A DNA stretch of 64,000 nucleotides from Minutocellus sp. GHC0000111 (taxonomy: Eukaryota). This document shows positions 45,689-57,861 of this stretch, one piece after another. The stretch is taken from assembly GCA_977018835.1 (NCBI GenBank), contig OZ361260.1, positions 2,604,001-2,668,000 on the forward strand. The letters run 5' to 3'. The notes under the pieces were generated by a model. That model was not told the DNA's origin and searched no databases. It saw nothing but the letters and a program-made list of their open reading frames with translations. A program made the position numbers and the translations under genes. Each line of letters starts with the position of its first letter. Within the stretch, counting starts at the first letter, position 1.

Positions 45689-47674
45689 TTAGAAATCTCG
45701 AAGTACCATCAATGTCTCATCCAGCTGGAGAGTAGCATTGTCAAGCCTCTCCAGGCCTTGACAGAACTTGTTGTAGTTTTCTCGGTCCAGTTTGTGCTCG
45801 TTCTCATCCACCATAGTCTGCTCCTTGGCTCTCTCAACCCAGTCCTTACCGAGTTCCATCTCATGCCGTCGGCGTAATCGCAGATGCAAATATGCCTTAC
45901 AAACATTGTCTGTGACCTTTTGAAATAGCCGATCATTTTCTACGTGCCACAAGTAGTAGGCATTCGAAGGATTATACTGCTTGCTTTGCTGAAGAACGAG
46001 CAGGTTGATGTAGTTGGCCTTGTAGAGACGATGCAAAATTTCTCGCACGTCTTTTGCTGGCACCATGGCCGCATCAGCAATGGCATCGGCATCCAAGTGC
46101 CCCTTTGATTGGAGAATCGAAACAATCCTCGCGGCTACCTCGCCATGATGATCCAAGATCATCTGATGAAGAACGCGTTGTCTTAGATAGCCAAGAATAT
46201 CATTGATGTGGATCTCAAAGCGCCCATGTCTGGGATGCCCCCTTGCATCTTCTACCTCCATGACTGACCGTGGCCAATCAAGCTCTGTCAGAGCAACTAA
46301 AGCATGAGACAGATTGAGCGCTGCTCCACCTCGTTTCGCTTCCAGACTGGCTCGAATGGGACCGGGGAGGAACTCCAGGATTTCATCGGGACAGAAGGTG
46401 GTACGCTCATCCAAGTATCGGTCGTCATCTCTTGCCGCTCCATCGAATCCATGATCTCTCCTCGCCAGCAGCTTGAGCGATGCACTAATGATAGACCCGG
46501 CCGATTGGACTCGATCTCCATACCGTTCGGCCATGAGCCGACCAAGGCAGAATGCTCGAAGACTGTCGTGAAACATGTGCGTGTTGGCCCTCCAAACGGC
46601 GCCCTGCGTGAAGAAGGCGCGATTTTGCTTGGTTCGTAGCAGGGCGACAATGTCGGCACCATCTGGTTCAGCTCCCGAGGGTGTCTCCTCCTCGATTTCT
46701 GCCTTCTTCCGCCCGACGCTCGAAGTAGATCCCGATCGCTTCCTCTTCTTGGAAATACTAGCTGTTGCGCCGTCATCATTTTCAGCGCCAAACTCTGCCT
46801 CCTCTTCGTCATCTACTGCGGCGGCGTGACTCTCGTCGATGGGCATTACCATCTCGAGATATCCAGCCTCGATCAAGTTCTTCAGAGCCTCGACGACCCC
46901 CTCCCTTAGCTTGGTGAGCTGCGCCTCATCCAATCCACTGTTGTTGTTGTTGTCGTCGTCGTCATCCTCGTCATCATTGTGATTCGAGCTCTCCAATCGG
47001 TGGCGCATGACGTTCATGGCATTCTGGACCAAAGCCTCGGTTCTCATCCGGCCGTTGAGCAAAACCTCCTCCACGACGGAGGCGGCATGATCTCCCATCG
47101 CCTTCTGATCGGCACCGGACCCGTTGGTGAAGGCCTTTCGTGCGTGCTCAACGTAGCGCGGATACCGCGGCAGCAGACGGGCTCGTTCGGGTAGAAAGGA
47201 GTAGACGTAGTGAGTGACTTCACCGTGATGCTTCGAGGTTGCGGGTGGCGGTGCGACGGTGATCAGCGAGTGCTGCAGCAGAATGATCAGGGCGGCGCGG
47301 ACGGGTGCCGCGTCGACGATGTATCCCGCCGTCTCTGGTCCTGCCGCCTTGTTGATGCGTGGCTTGCACGCGGCGGCAGCGGTGGCCGGCTCGGCGCTCG
47401 CACTGGCACTCCCACCCATGGTCGCTGCAGCGGGAAGGCGTTCGACCAACCGCTCTCGCTCCTCGTTTACCACCCGGCGGCACTGCGATCGGATGCGAGA
47501 CACCAGCTGGGGCAGAGTCGATGGTCCTCGAGAGCGCAGACAGTCGGCCACCGTCTGGCAGCTGGGGCCAAAGTAATCGCGGATGCAGTCGCTTGCAAGG
47601 TCGAGGGGTGGGTCAGAGGGACATGGCGACAGTGGCGAGCGGTGGTTGAAACCACCGTACGGGTTGAGCGCCAT
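45689..47674 (-). CDS. POLR3C: RNA polymerase III subunit RPC3 (C82/C62)
   Basis: I.DYFG.....VA..L...G..TL, AL..LLQH.L, RYPRY, L.NGR, VWRAN...F, G..AARI..IL..KG.L....I...AMVP.KD.RE.L..L, and a terminal LDE.L pattern. Confidence 0.85.
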   Translation of the reverse strand: MALNPYGGFNHRSPLSPCPSDPPLDLASDCIRDYFGPSCQTVADCLRSRGPSTLPQLVSRIRSQCRRVVNEERERLVERLPAAATMGGSASASAEPATAAAACKPRINKAAGPETAGYIVDAAPVRAALIILLQHSLITVAPPPATSKHHGEVTHYVYSFLPERARLLPRYPRYVEHARKAFTNGSGADQKAMGDHAASVVEEVLLNGRMRTEALVQNAMNVMRHRLESSNHNDDEDDDDDNNNNSGLDEAQLTKLREGVVEALKNLIEAGYLEMVMPIDESHAAAVDDEEEAEFGAENDDGATASISKKRKRSGSTSSVGRKKAEIEEETPSGAEPDGADIVALLRTKQNRAFFTQGAVWRANTHMFHDSLRAFCLGRLMAERYGDRVQSAGSIISASLKLLARRDHGFDGAARDDDRYLDERTTFCPDEILEFLPGPIRASLEAKRGGAALNLSHALVALTELDWPRSVMEVEDARGHPRHGRFEIHINDILGYLRQRVLHQMILDHHGEVAARIVSILQSKGHLDADAIADAAMVPAKDVREILHRLYKANYINLLVLQQSKQYNPSNAYYLWHVENDRLFQKVTDNVCKAYLHLRLRRRHEMELGKDWVERAKEQTMVDENEHKLDRENYNKFCQGLERLDNATLQLDETLMVLRDF

Positions 47675-47877
47675 GGTGAGATGCTAGCTAGATGTTGCGC
47701 AATTGCTGCCCCCTTGGGAAAAATCTCTGCTAATGCTGCTGCCGTGGGCGAAGATCTGATGTGCGGTCATCCTTCATTTTCTGCCGGTTTAGGTTATGAG
47801 CCACATCGGCAAATGCCATGCATGCGTATCGTTGGCACAGCCCTCGCACCCACAAGCTACGGTAGTATATAAACAAG

Positions 47878-50470
47878 ATGCCACCCAAGAAGAAGGGAGG
47901 CAAGGATAAGGGCGGTGGCGATGAGGACCACCTGACCCGTATCGCCATTGTCAAGACGGACAAGTGCAAGCCCAAGAAGTGCCGTCAGGAATGTAAGAAG
48001 TCTTGCCCCGTCGTCAAGATGGGAAAGCTCTGCATTGAAGTTGTCCCCAAGAGCAAGCTTGCCTTCATCTCCGAGCCGCTTTGCATTGGTGAGTGTGGTT
48101 GGATGAAGTTTGTTAATTTGATTTATTGCTGTACTACTGCTGTTCATGTGCTTTTGCATGTGCTGATCGATGATAAGTGCCGTTGTACGAGGTAGCAAAT
48201 TTGTTCTTTGGCGAGACCATGCACAACACCCACCACTGGCCGCATATTATCCTCACCTCTCCGTTCCCCATTCAACTTGCTCCTTTTGACCAACCAGGAT
48301 GTGGTATCTGCGTCAAGAAGTGCCCCTTCGAGGCCATTTCCATCATCAACCTTCCCAAGGATCTGGAGCGCAACACCACCCACCGATACGGCCCCAACTC
48401 CTTCAAGCTCCATCGTCTTCCCATGCCCCGTCCCGGTCAGGTCCTTGGCCTCGTCGGTACCAACGGTATCGGCAAGAGTACCGCCCTCAAGATCCTCGCT
48501 GGCAAGATGAAGCCCAACCTCGGAAAGTACGACTCTCCCCCCGACTGGGAGGAGATCCTTGTCCACTTCCGCGGATCCGACCTTCAGAATTACTTCACCA
48601 AGATTCTCGAGGACACCATGAAGGCCACCATCAAGCCCCAATACGTCGATCACATCCCCCGTGCCGTACGAGGTTTGGTCGGTGACATCCTCAAGCAGAA
48701 GGATGAGGTACGTGCCTTATCAATATCGATGCACATTTTGGCTTTTGTGTGAATATGTCTGATCTGATCATGACTCTTTTTGCTATCGATCCACTTGAAT
48801 GAATCAACTCTGCTTAAACCAAATCTCAAATTCCAACAGAGAAGTGAGGCTGAGGACTGGGACTGCCTTGACTGGGCCACGACGGAGGCCGAGCTCAAGC
48901 ACGTCATGGACCGTGAGGTCGGCGTCCTCTCCGGTGGTGAGCTCCAGCGTTTCGCCATTGCCGCAGTCGCCGTCCAAATGTCGGACGTTTACATGTTCGA
49001 CGAACCCTCGTCGTACCTCGATGTCAAGCAAAGGTTGACTGCGGCTCACATGATCCGTGAGCTCATTGAAAGCGAGAATGGTAGCCGTCGCTACGTCCTC
49101 GTCGTGGAGCATGACCTTGCCGTTCTTGACTATCTCAGTGATTACGTCTGTGTCCTTTACGGTGCCGCCGGTGGGTACGGTGTCGTTACCATGCCCTTCA
49201 GTGTCCGCGTTGGTATCAATGCCTTCCTGGCTGGTTTCATCCCCACCGAGAATCTTCGATTCCGCGACGATTCGCTCTCGTTCAAGGTGTCCGAGCGTGC
49301 CGAGGATGACAGCGCCAAGAAGGATGTGAAGCGCGATTACAACTACCCCAGCATGACCAAGACAATGAAGCGCGGTACTTCCCAGTTCATTCTGCACGTG
49401 CTGAAGGGAGAGTTTACCGATTCGGAGATTATTGTCCTTCTCGGAGAGAATGGAACCGGCAAGACGACATTCGTCCGTATGTTGGCCGGTCTACTGAAGA
49501 GTGATGAACAGGCCAAGCTTGAGGAGGAGGGAATGACTTATGAGGCCTCGTTGGCGGGTGTTCCGGAGATGAACGTTAGTTACAAGCCGCAGAAGATCTC
49601 GCCCAAATTCCAGGGCACCGTCCGACAGCTGCTCCACAAGCGTGTTCGTGATTCCTATGTGCATCCCCAGTTCATTTCCGATGTAATGAAGCCCCTCATC
49701 ATTGACAATATCATCGATAACGGTGTTCAGACTCTTTCGGGTGGTGAGCTTCAGCGTCTTGCCATCGTTCTGGCTCTCGGTACTCCCGCCGATGTATACC
49801 TCATTGACGAGCCCAGTGCATACCTCGACTCCGAGCAGCGTATTAATTGTGCCAAGGTTATCAAGCGATTCATCATGCACAGTAAGAAGACTGCCTTTGT
49901 GGTCGAGCATGACTTCATTATGGCAACATACCTCGCCGATCGCTTTGTGGTGTACACCGGCCGGCCCGGTGTCGAAGCCACGGCCACCTCGCCGCAGAGC
50001 TTGCTTTCGGGCATGAATCAGTTCCTGAAGAGTCTTGAGGTTACCTTCCGAAGAGATCCTGTCAACTTCCGACCGAGGTAAGAATATTTTTTATGTATCT
50101 ACTTGTTCTTCCATCACACTTTGATTCTGCTGGGATGACGAGAAACTCCTCTCTATGCCTTTTTTCACATTGAAATGTGGGCACCGTCTTGGTGCTTTGG
50201 GTGCTGCGAGTGACAAAGTCTTAAGTTTTAATTTCTAACCAGTTGTGAAGGAGTTTGGGGGTGTGGACTGCCCCCGAGTGGATTGATTTTTCGGGAAGCT
50301 ACCGAGAATCTTTGATATTCATTTAAAACTCACCCGTCTCTTATCCTTTCTCCACTTTTCTCAGAATCAACAAGAAGGGCTCGCAAAAGGACATGGAACA
50401 GAAGAAGGCGGGCGCATACTTCTTCTACGATGAAGATGCTGTCGATGACATTGATGATGACGATCTTTAG
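47878..50470 (+). CDS. ABCE1: ABCE1/RLI1 ribosome recycling ATPase; exons 47878-48088, 48298-48707, 48840-50077, 50365-50470
   Basis: Fe-S motif [15 protein letters not shown]...[13 protein letters not shown], two Walker A motifs, LSGGELQR twice, and RPRINK reconstructed across intron 3. Confidence 0.98.
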
Positions 50471-50955
50471 GCAATCGATTCTGCCCTCGCCGCTATATAA
50501 TCGTGACCTGTCAGGTATCGAAAAACATTTGCTGTGAGCATCAATCCTCAAGGTCGTAGAGAAGGAACAGCTGCAATACTAAATAAATTATTTAAAAGAA
50601 ATATTACGTGCAATTGTTTTTGTGAGAGGCGAGAGGGCTTTGATTTAGGAATTCCCACCAGTCAGATCTTCATCATTTGCGCTTGTGACGCCTCACTTTT
50701 TTCTTCTGTTCGTCTCACGGATCCAGATGGGGTCGTTCTGCCTCTTCTGTTTCTGTGATGTTGTAATGACGTAATACCGTAATGTCTGACGCGCCGTGAA
50801 TTTCGTACGTCGCATGCGTCGTACGTACCTAGGCCTAGGTAGCCCATCGTGGATGGAGGCCGTGGAGTGATGCTGAGTAGTCAACCGTCATTTTCGCAGG
50901 CTGGCTACTATTGCACGAGCTGCAGAGGATCGCCCAGATAGTAGATAGGAATCCT

Positions 50956-51648
50956 ATGGCGCTGCCTACTGTTGAGCGGCGCCGGCGGAAAAATTGTTCT
51001 TCGTTTGAAAGTAGTCGTCGGCATTCCCAATGTCTTCGTCGAGCTACATCCAAGGGACCAATTGCTACATCATGTGCGAACAATCGGCGTTTCGAAAGAA
51101 CAGCTCTCCTCCTTATGGTATCAGCTGGTGCCATACCTTGCGCGAAGTCAGAGATTTGTGTCGAAACTGACGTCAATGTCTTTCTGTGCACGAAAGACAT
51201 GGCGAGGGCGAGACGGGAGGCAATGAAGCGGAATGGTGAACCAGTGCGCTTCGCCAGTAATCTTAATTTGGGCGTCGAACAAAGTAATGACGGAGAAGCT
51301 CATCAGCAGCGGAAAGTTAGCCAACACATGAAGAAAGTGGAAGAGTATTTTGAGACAATTGTATTGGCCGATCGAAAGTATGATGGTGTGCGGGACAAAT
51401 GGTGAGTGGTGAAATCCAAGACTAGCTCGCTAGCTACGTAGCTACGTATCAAGCAAATACTTATTTGCTGCATGTTCGATCATCCTCTCGTACATATTCA
51501 TCTACAATCCTCTATCCAACATGAAAGCCTGAATAAGCATGAACTATGTACCTTTTGGGCCGCAACGGCGGACGAGTGCGCCAAGAATCCAGGATACATG
51601 TTAGTGGATTGTGCAGCAGCCTGTATGTCATGTGATAAGCTTCTATGA
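50956..51648 (+). CDS. Small ShK-domain protein; exons 50956-51401 and 51528-51648
   Basis: Spliced C-terminus CLNKHELCTFWAATADECAKNPGYMLVDCAAACMSC, the six-Cys ShKT pattern. Start uncertain. Confidence 0.8.
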
Positions 51649-51669
51649 TTCATTTTTTATGGAACTATT

Positions 51670-52400
51670 TTAATGAAGGAGATCGGTTCCTGCCAACCAA
51701 CACAGCTGGCATGCAGCGGGACAAGTATCGACCATATACTGCCGGTTGGTGTCGCAATCTCCCAGGCTGGCCCAGTATGCGCATAGAGAATCCCGGTTTA
51801 TACTAAAGAGTGCAAAATACATGTATTAGGTAGGAGGAATAAGGCATAATTTGTGATGTGAATAAGTGAAGACAATGGGGAGGAGCACATAGAGCTGTAG
51901 CCCCGTGCGAATCACATAGAGTATCACACTCACCAATTCTCTTGAACATCCTTGGGCATCAGGGGAACCTCCTCGTCGTAGTATCTCTCCGTCTTGACCA
52001 TTGTCATTATGATCATCCTTTTTTCTGCCTCCGACCCTTCCACTCTTTGTCGAACGCCCAAATTGCGCGGAATTGCACCTGAAGTCCAACCAGACTCCGC
52101 ACATCCAAACTTTCCCGGATTTTCCTTGTCTCCTATGCAGTGCGCCGTGTCTGGTTTAGGTAACTCGCCGGCCGCTGCAGCCGAGATGGGAGGGATGAGT
52201 AATTGTAAGAAGGTGACGATGCAGAGTGCCAACAGGCCGTTCAAGGTCCGGCATCGGCAGCAGTGCATCGACGAACGTCGTGGTGGTCTTTGGGCTGCTG
52301 CTCGTACCGGCCGGCGAATCCCCGGCAATTGACAACCAGCAGCCGTGCCCATGCAGATGGGCCTTCTACGCTTTTGATAAGGCCGATTATGCATTAGCAT
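51670..52400 (-). CDS. Small ShK-domain protein; exons 52400-51934 and 51802-51670
   Basis: Hydrophobic signal and spliced C-terminus CINRDSLCAYWASLGDCDTNRQYMVDTCPAACQLC. Confidence 0.8.
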
Positions 52401-52861
52401 TGCTCTCGTGACGAATGTTCCAGTTGCGTTGTGGCACGTTCTCTATGCCCCAGCGCTACATGTACGTGTAGTAGTAGCGTAGCGGGCGTTACCTACCTTC
52501 GCTTCGTAATGCGAGCTGTGCCAAGAAAAAATCTGTATCTGAATGACATCAGAAAGGAATCGAATCTCTCGTTTTCCGCTCCAGAGTCCCTCGCTCGCTC
52601 CGCTCCACCATCAACACTGTAGACTGACTTATTGACCGCCTCTCTGTTTCCTCCGCCAGTAGGCTAGTATTGAGAGACCATGGGTGTAATGGGACGCTTC
52701 TCGGTGGGAGGAGGCCAAGTAGTAGCGCGAATAGCAGCGTGAGTGCCGCCGGTGCTAGTGCCGGTGGTGCAGATACGACCGGCAGCAACAGCAACAGCGA
52801 ACGGCAGCCGCCCTCGCCAGAATCGGACAGCAGTTCTTCGGCTCCCAACGCCGCCGCTGCG

Positions 52862-55800
52862 ATGGCGGCGGTCAGTCTCGGTGGTGAGGCTGATCGGCCG
52901 ATTGCCACGGCGCCTGGGTCGTCTGAATATTCCGATAGACTCATTGGGTTCAGTGGGGCTGCACATCATCAACAGGAGGCAGCAACCGCATCGACCAGCC
53001 CGAATCGACCGATCCGACCGCAACCCGATCGATTCCATCATCATCACCATCGATCGTATCGAAGTCGAGTATCAAGGCAGCAACAACTACAGCAGCAAGG
53101 GGCATTGGACAGGGATGAGATGATGGTTGGAGAGCCAGTATTGTGCGGAGAAGATGATTCTCGACCAGCACCACAGTCGACACCAACAAGGCAAGGGTTG
53201 CCAGCGGTGGCTCCAGTTGCACCGGTAATGGCGAGGAATGGCATTGGCTCGGCGGCGGCGGTATCTCCTCATCAATCATCACAACAAAGCCAGCACACGC
53301 AAACACAAACGTCTCATATATCACCAGCAGCGCAGAATGACATCAGTGCCGACAGCGCGGACGGTCGAGCGTATTCCTCTGCATCGCCGTCGGCCCAGGC
53401 GTCAGGTACTAGTATCAACACCGCTGCGACTAGCGCAGCGGCCGCCCTAGCAGCTTTGCCTCCGCCAGGTCTTTCTGGTCCAGCATCATTTCGCTTTAGC
53501 CCAGCGTGCCCGGCCTTGGATGGCCCATCTTATGCACCATTTGACCCGGAATCAAAAGAGGGGAGCCTGGGGGGGCGATACCTGTCCTTTCTGAGCGCTT
53601 CCGGTGGTGGTGGAACGAGTAGCAGCATCAGCAGCAGCAGCAGCGATATGATGGCTAAAATGATTGCAAGTCAGCCACGGAACGTTAATCCGCCACTTAA
53701 GTCGGCAATGGCATCGAGCAATAAAGCGCAGCAGCAGCAGCAGGCAACGTCAGGAGCGGGCTCCGCCGCAACAGCAACTGAACGAAAGCTCTGTGTAATT
53801 GACTTGGAACCCTTCACTCGACAGCTACGGAGAGAAGAGGAAGAGTATTATGCATCGCGATTTGGTTTTAAAATTGACAAAGGAAGAGATGAAAAGCAAT
53901 TACTTGTCGAAACTTCAAAGGCGACGAATCACGACTACTACGATGAAGATGACGATCACATGGAAGAGGATAACGAAGATGCAGAACGAGCGGCGCGACA
54001 AGGAGAGGTGGTGGTGGACTTTGCGAAACAAGGAGAGGTCGTTGTAGACTTTGCCAAGCAGCGTCCAATAGAGAGTAGTAGTGGTTCGGAGGCAGGCTGC
54101 GCATCAGCACCCACACCATTTCTGCCCATATCAGATCCGCGAATCATATCACAGCAATTCGCCGAACCTTTGTTGAATCTAACCTTTTCAGTCCCAGTCA
54201 TGCCACCCTGCCGCCCTTTGTCGCCCGAAAAGCTGGGAATGCGAAATGGTTCTGATAAGTCGGGTCAAAGAAACAGCATCTCCAGCAATAAGACCATGCA
54301 CGAGCGTCCCACCTTGGCCACGGAACATGCGCATAGACATAAACGGCGAGAGCATTCAGCATCCCGATCTGCGGCAGCAATGTCACTGCAAGAGGGAGGA
54401 TCAGATCACAGTCTGAGTCTAGCGGAACGACTTCGCAGAGAGCGGCAACGATTACACTCTTCTGGAGTTACACAATTCGGTTGGTCTCGGCGAGTGGATA
54501 ATAATGATGAGGAAACAGTACGAATCATTGTTCCTCACAGAGGCAATATCTACGTTCAAGACGGAATCGGGCCAGATGCAGAGGGTGGTCTCCGCATCCT
54601 TTACGACAAATCAACATTGCAGAAAGCTGCAGAGCAAAAAACTTCTCGACGAAGACGAAGAGATTCTGAGGAGTATTCTGCAGCCGCCGCTGCTCATGCT
54701 AAGGACTTTGGAGCCATCGACCCACAGCTTAGTCCTGATGGAACTATGGTAGCTTTTGTTGTTGCAGGTGAAATCTATGTGTTGGGATGCGAAGCAGACC
54801 AGACACCTTCCAACTATTGCAGCCGAAGCGAAGGTGAGGGAGGCACAAGCAAGATGGATATTGAAACCTCAATTACCTCGGCCAGCAATGGTGATGAAGT
54901 ATTTTCCCCGATGATACCTCTCCGGATCACTTTTGGCGCAGTCGTTGGAGATGACGACGAAGAGGAGGGAGATGACGATGGATTCTCTTCTGGTGAGTTC
55001 GAAGAGGAAGCTTATATTTCTGACACCGGAACAGATGAACTTTCAGATACCGAAATTTATGATGTTGGTGTGGGAGAATCTCTAGGCCAAGCTAGTCGGA
55101 TGCAGCGTCATACAAAAGGCCGCCGGCGGCGAAAGGTACCTCACGGCAAGGAAAAACGGAGATATCCTCGTTCCATCACACACGGCCTTGCAGATTTCGT
55201 CGCCCAAGAAGAAATGGATAGATATCGTGGTTTTTGGTGGGACCCATCTTCATCGGGAATCGTCTTTGCGAGAGTTGATGAGAGCGATATTCCACCGTTT
55301 CGAATCACACTTCAAGGCAAAGAGGGAGGCGCATCGAGCGACGCACCATATGAAGATCATAGGTACCCCTTTGCTGGGGAGGCCAATCCAGTTGTTCGTC
55401 TTGGATATGTAAAGGTTGATCCGAGCTATGTTCCAGGAAGCGTATCAAGACCAGTGCTCCACGATGGCCTATTCATGGACGATGGCAATGATATGAGTGG
55501 CGACGAAAGCAGCGAAATGTTTTCTCGCCAAGTGCTGGCAAAAGCCCGGGCAAATTGGAACGCAACGAAATGGTTTGATCCCCCCAGTCTGGCATCTGAA
55601 TATCTTGCTAGGGTTAATTGGCTTCCTGATGGGACAGTTTGTGCCCAGTGGCAGGACCGGAACCAAGCGCTGCTACTTTTGGTGCGGTTGGACTTGATCA
55701 CGGGCAAATCAAGCGTCCTGCACAAGGAATACAGCGACGTATGGATCAATCTACACCACATGATGAGGGTTTTGCCTCGAGCAATCCACCCAGATGAAGT

Positions 55801-57582
55801 TGGAGGTGAAATTGCCGAATCTAAAAAGTCAAACATTCCCAAGCAGTTACCCGAAGGCTCCTTCTCCTTCCTCTTTGCATCGGAGAGGACTGGTTACTCG
55901 CACCTTCACCTTTACACTCATGTGGCAGGGACAGAGAAATACATATCGACAACAGATGGTGATAATTCTGACGATGAGAATGGCGCATTCGAGCCAGAGA
56001 TCGACACGTCGGCCATTCTTTTGCGTGCTATCTCTGCGGGCCCGTGGATAGTTGAGTCGATCGTTGGCGTTGACGTGATAAACGATGTTGTCTACATTAC
56101 AGGCACATACGAAAGCCCTTTGCAGCGACACCTTATGCCCTGCCACTCTTGGGTACAGTTGCGAGACGACAAGACAAAGGATCGGAGACCGAGCCATCGG
56201 GCGTTGGGCGTTGGCGAAAGCATGTGCCTTTTCGAAGAAGTCGTTCTGATGATGTGGTACTTTCAACAGAAGAGATTATGAGCCCTGCAGAGGAAAAGGC
56301 TGATGCTGCCTTCAAACTCGCTGGAATCCCTGGTCCAAAGCCACCCGATCCAATCAAGCTCACCAGTGGGTCAGGAATGCACAGTGTTGTGATGGACAAG
56401 GCCTGTCGTCTTGTCGTCGATACCTGCTCCGACCTGGATACACCAACTCGAACTTGTGTCTATGCCCTACCAGTAGGTGGGCCATTTGCCTCATCTTCCG
56501 AGACAGAAATTGAATCTGGAAAGAAGAGGAAGGATGATTCTGTAACGCAGTCTTCCAACCACCCATCGCAACTGCAAGCAATGAGGCTCCTCTTTGTATG
56601 CTACGAAGCAAAGGCAGATGATAAGATGCAGCTCATCCCAACTAAACTCGCCAGCATCGTGAACCGAGGTGGTCTGGGCATGTCTGGTCTTTATCCTAGT
56701 TTGTCTGCTCCAGAGATATTGTCGTTTCCAACGCCCGATGGCACAGAAACTCTCTATGCTGCCCTCTACAAGCCCGACCCGATGTTGTTCGGACCTGGTC
56801 CATATCCTTTGGTATGCGCAGTGTACGGAGGACCCCATGTTCAACGAGTAAATTGATCATGGAGCCAAAGCGTTGATATGCGCGCTCAGCACCTTCGATC
56901 TCTTGGCTTTGCTGTCGTCAAATGCGACAATCGTGGCTCTTCTCGTCGGGGAGTTGCCTTTGAGGGTGCGATACGAAAGCGATTGGGCCGTCTCGAAGTC
57001 CTTGATCAGGTAGCCGCACTGCGTCATCTCGTCCAGCTAGGCATTGCCGATGCAACTCGTGTCGGTATATATGGCTGGAGCTACGGTGGCTATCTTTCGA
57101 CCATGTGTCTAGTCCGAGCCCCCGATGTCTTTCACGTTGCCGTTGCAGGTGCCCCTGTAACTTCCTGGGACGGCTACGACACGCATTACACTGAGCGCTA
57201 CATGGGCCTTCCGTCTGAAAACGAATCTGGATACAACGAATCTGCAATTTTTGACCATGTACCCAATATGAGGGGTAAGCTCATGATCGTCCATGGGTTG
57301 ATTGATGAAAATGTCCACTTTCGGCACACGGCTCGTCTGATCAATCGACTCATCGCAGCAGGTAAGGAGTACGAGTTGTTGATCTTCCCCGATGAGCGAC
57401 ATTCCCCGCGACGTCTTCGCGATCGGGTCTATATGGAGAAGCGTATCAGTGATTATCTTGTCAAAAACTTGCTAAGACTTGCTACTGGTGGTGGTGGCGG
57501 TGGCGGTGGTGTGACGAGTGTCGGTGGTGTTGGCGGTCTTGCTGGATTAGGAGCAAGTGGAGGGGTGGCACCGAAGTTGTGA
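52862..57582 (+). CDS. Dipeptidyl peptidase IV/8/9-like S9B peptidase with long disordered N-terminus; frameshift at ~56133 and TGA at 56854-56856 (possible pseudogene)
   Basis: [53 protein letters not shown] and FP.ERH catalytic triad motifs, spread over three ORFs. Confidence 0.9.
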
Positions 57583-57861
57583 TGAGAGCTTACCGGCGGC
57601 GGTACACGTACCGGTACCATAAATTCTAAAAAACTCCACCTATGGTACGGTAGCTATTCATCTAATTCCTTTGTTCTTTGAATTGAAACAATAGATTTAG
57701 CGGCAGGCTACCGCTAGCTAGCTAGGAAATCCTACCGAAGCGACGAAGCAGCGCAACGCAACATCGGCACAGAAGACCCGGAGGTGCATGTTGTCGGATT
57801 GGGAAGAACAAGATCACGAGCATCGGTCAAAAGATACCATCGAGAGAATAGATCAAGGAGC

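Noticed and set aside
56854..56856. TGA as selenocysteine in the DPP gene
   Set aside because: It is not a catalytic or Cys position, the family has no known selenoproteins, and a CGA>TGA change is more plausible.
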